Assembly (NCBI GenBank): GCA_043801585.1
Contig: JAZDLX010000196.1
Location: 1 to 49,222 of the forward strand
DNA: 49,222 nucleotides
Direction of reading: 5' to 3'
From: a bacterium
Lineage (GTDB): Bacteria; Electryoneota; Electryoneia; Electryoneales; Electryoneaceae
A program made the position numbers and the translations under genes. Below are positions 48,474 to 49,222 of this stretch, piece by piece; the first letter of the stretch is position 1, and each line of letters starts with the position of its first letter. The notes under the pieces were generated by a model. That model had not been told where the DNA came from and made no database searches. It saw only the letters and a program-made list of their open reading frames with translations.

Positions 48474-48505
48474 CCACTCCTTCACCAACCCGTTTCCACG
48501 GGGCA

Positions 48506-49222
48506 CTATCGCACCAGAACGATCTTGCGTGATTGTGTCTCACCTCTCTGTGTCACCCGTATGAGATAGACACCCGAAGCGATACCATCCAGCGACAGGT
48601 CCAGGGAGTTCACGCCAGCGACAATCATCACACTTCGCCGCATCACCTGGCGTCCAAGCAAGTCGAACAGGGCGAGCTCCGCGCTGCCTCCTTCCCGCGT
48701 TTGCAACCGCAGACGGATAAAACCGTTGGTGGGGTTTGGCCACACGGAGGACAACGTAAAGAACCTCGGGTTGGCACCCTCTCCCGGCTCCACAACGGCG
48801 ATCATATCAAGCGCCCGAAGCACCGCCGCTTCAGCATCCACAAGACCCCACCCCAGCGAATTGTCCGGCTGGTTCGCCTGGCTGCTCGTCTCATGAAGGA
48901 TGCGGATGATGTCCATCGGCAGCAGATTCGGATTCGCCTCAAGCATCAACGCAACCACTCCAGCAACAAGTGGACAGGAAAAAGAGGTACCGCTGCCAGT
49001 GACATATTCTGTATCATTCGTCACGGCTGCAATCGCCGTATGCATCCCACGGGCAACAACGTCCGGTTTGATGCGTCCATCCGCGGTCGGCCCTTGCGAA
49101 CTGAAATAGGCTCTATGGCCGAGTGAATCCACCGCACCAACGGCGAGCACCGAATCTCCATCCGCAGGGGCATTGATCGAGGTATCATTTACCGCGTCTT
49201 CTCCGCTTTCATTTCCAGCGGA
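48506..49222 (-). CDS. Subtilisin-family (S8) serine peptidase with C-terminal T9SS-type sorting domain, 3' part only
   Basis: SAGNE, KPDVVARG and catalytic GTSFSCP; CTD VWPNPTN...LFDLLGR...ASGVYL...KIVLVR; the frame is open to the window end. Confidence 0.92.
   Translation of the reverse strand, partial: SAGNESGEDAVNDTSINAPADGDSVLAVGAVDSLGHRAYFSSQGPTADGRIKPDVVARGMHTAIAAVTNDTEYVTGSGTSFSCPLVAGVVALMLEANPNLLPMDIIRILHETSSQANQPDNSLGWGLVDAEAAVLRALDMIAVVEPGEGANPRFFTLSSVWPNPTNGFIRLRLQTREGGSAELALFDLLGRQVMRRSVMIVAGVNSLDLSLDGIASGVYLIRVTQRGETQSRKIVLVR

Noticed and set aside
1..49222. CRISPR arrays, prophage, IS elements, tRNA/rRNA, defence or retroelement genes
   Set aside because: I saw no regularly spaced repeats, integrase, transposase or reverse-transcriptase motifs, or cloverleaf/rRNA signatures.

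Overview
A gene-dense, GC-rich bacterial chromosomal segment. Its PorV-type barrels, T9SS/FlgD-type C-terminal sorting domains and many lipoproteins suggest an FCB-superphylum lineage (inference). I found no rRNA, tRNA, CRISPR array, integrase or transposase. Housekeeping genes are proS, miaA, mutL, dacB, a mutT-like Nudix hydrolase, prmA, a leuB/icd-family dehydrogenase, hutU, a yjbQ-family gene, mfd and rlmN. Highlights: (1) a compact putative sphingolipid/ceramide operon downstream of proS (serine palmitoyltransferase, bCerS-like GNAT, CerR-like extended SDR) with a long-chain acyl ligase nearby, where the reductase carries an unexpected C-terminal Zn/HIT-like domain; (2) an apparently non-coding unit of about 160 nt bounded by a sigma54 promoter and a terminator, plus two further structured or GGA-rich intergenic regions; (3) a cell-surface cluster with two PorV-like barrels, one carrying an insertion of about 115 aa; (4) probable pseudoenzymes (PdxJ-like, BPL-N lipoprotein), an internally duplicated giant CPBP protease, a six-repeat lipocalin-like lipoprotein and a doubly frameshifted receiver-domain gene. 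All calls come from motif recognition by eye; no searches were run.
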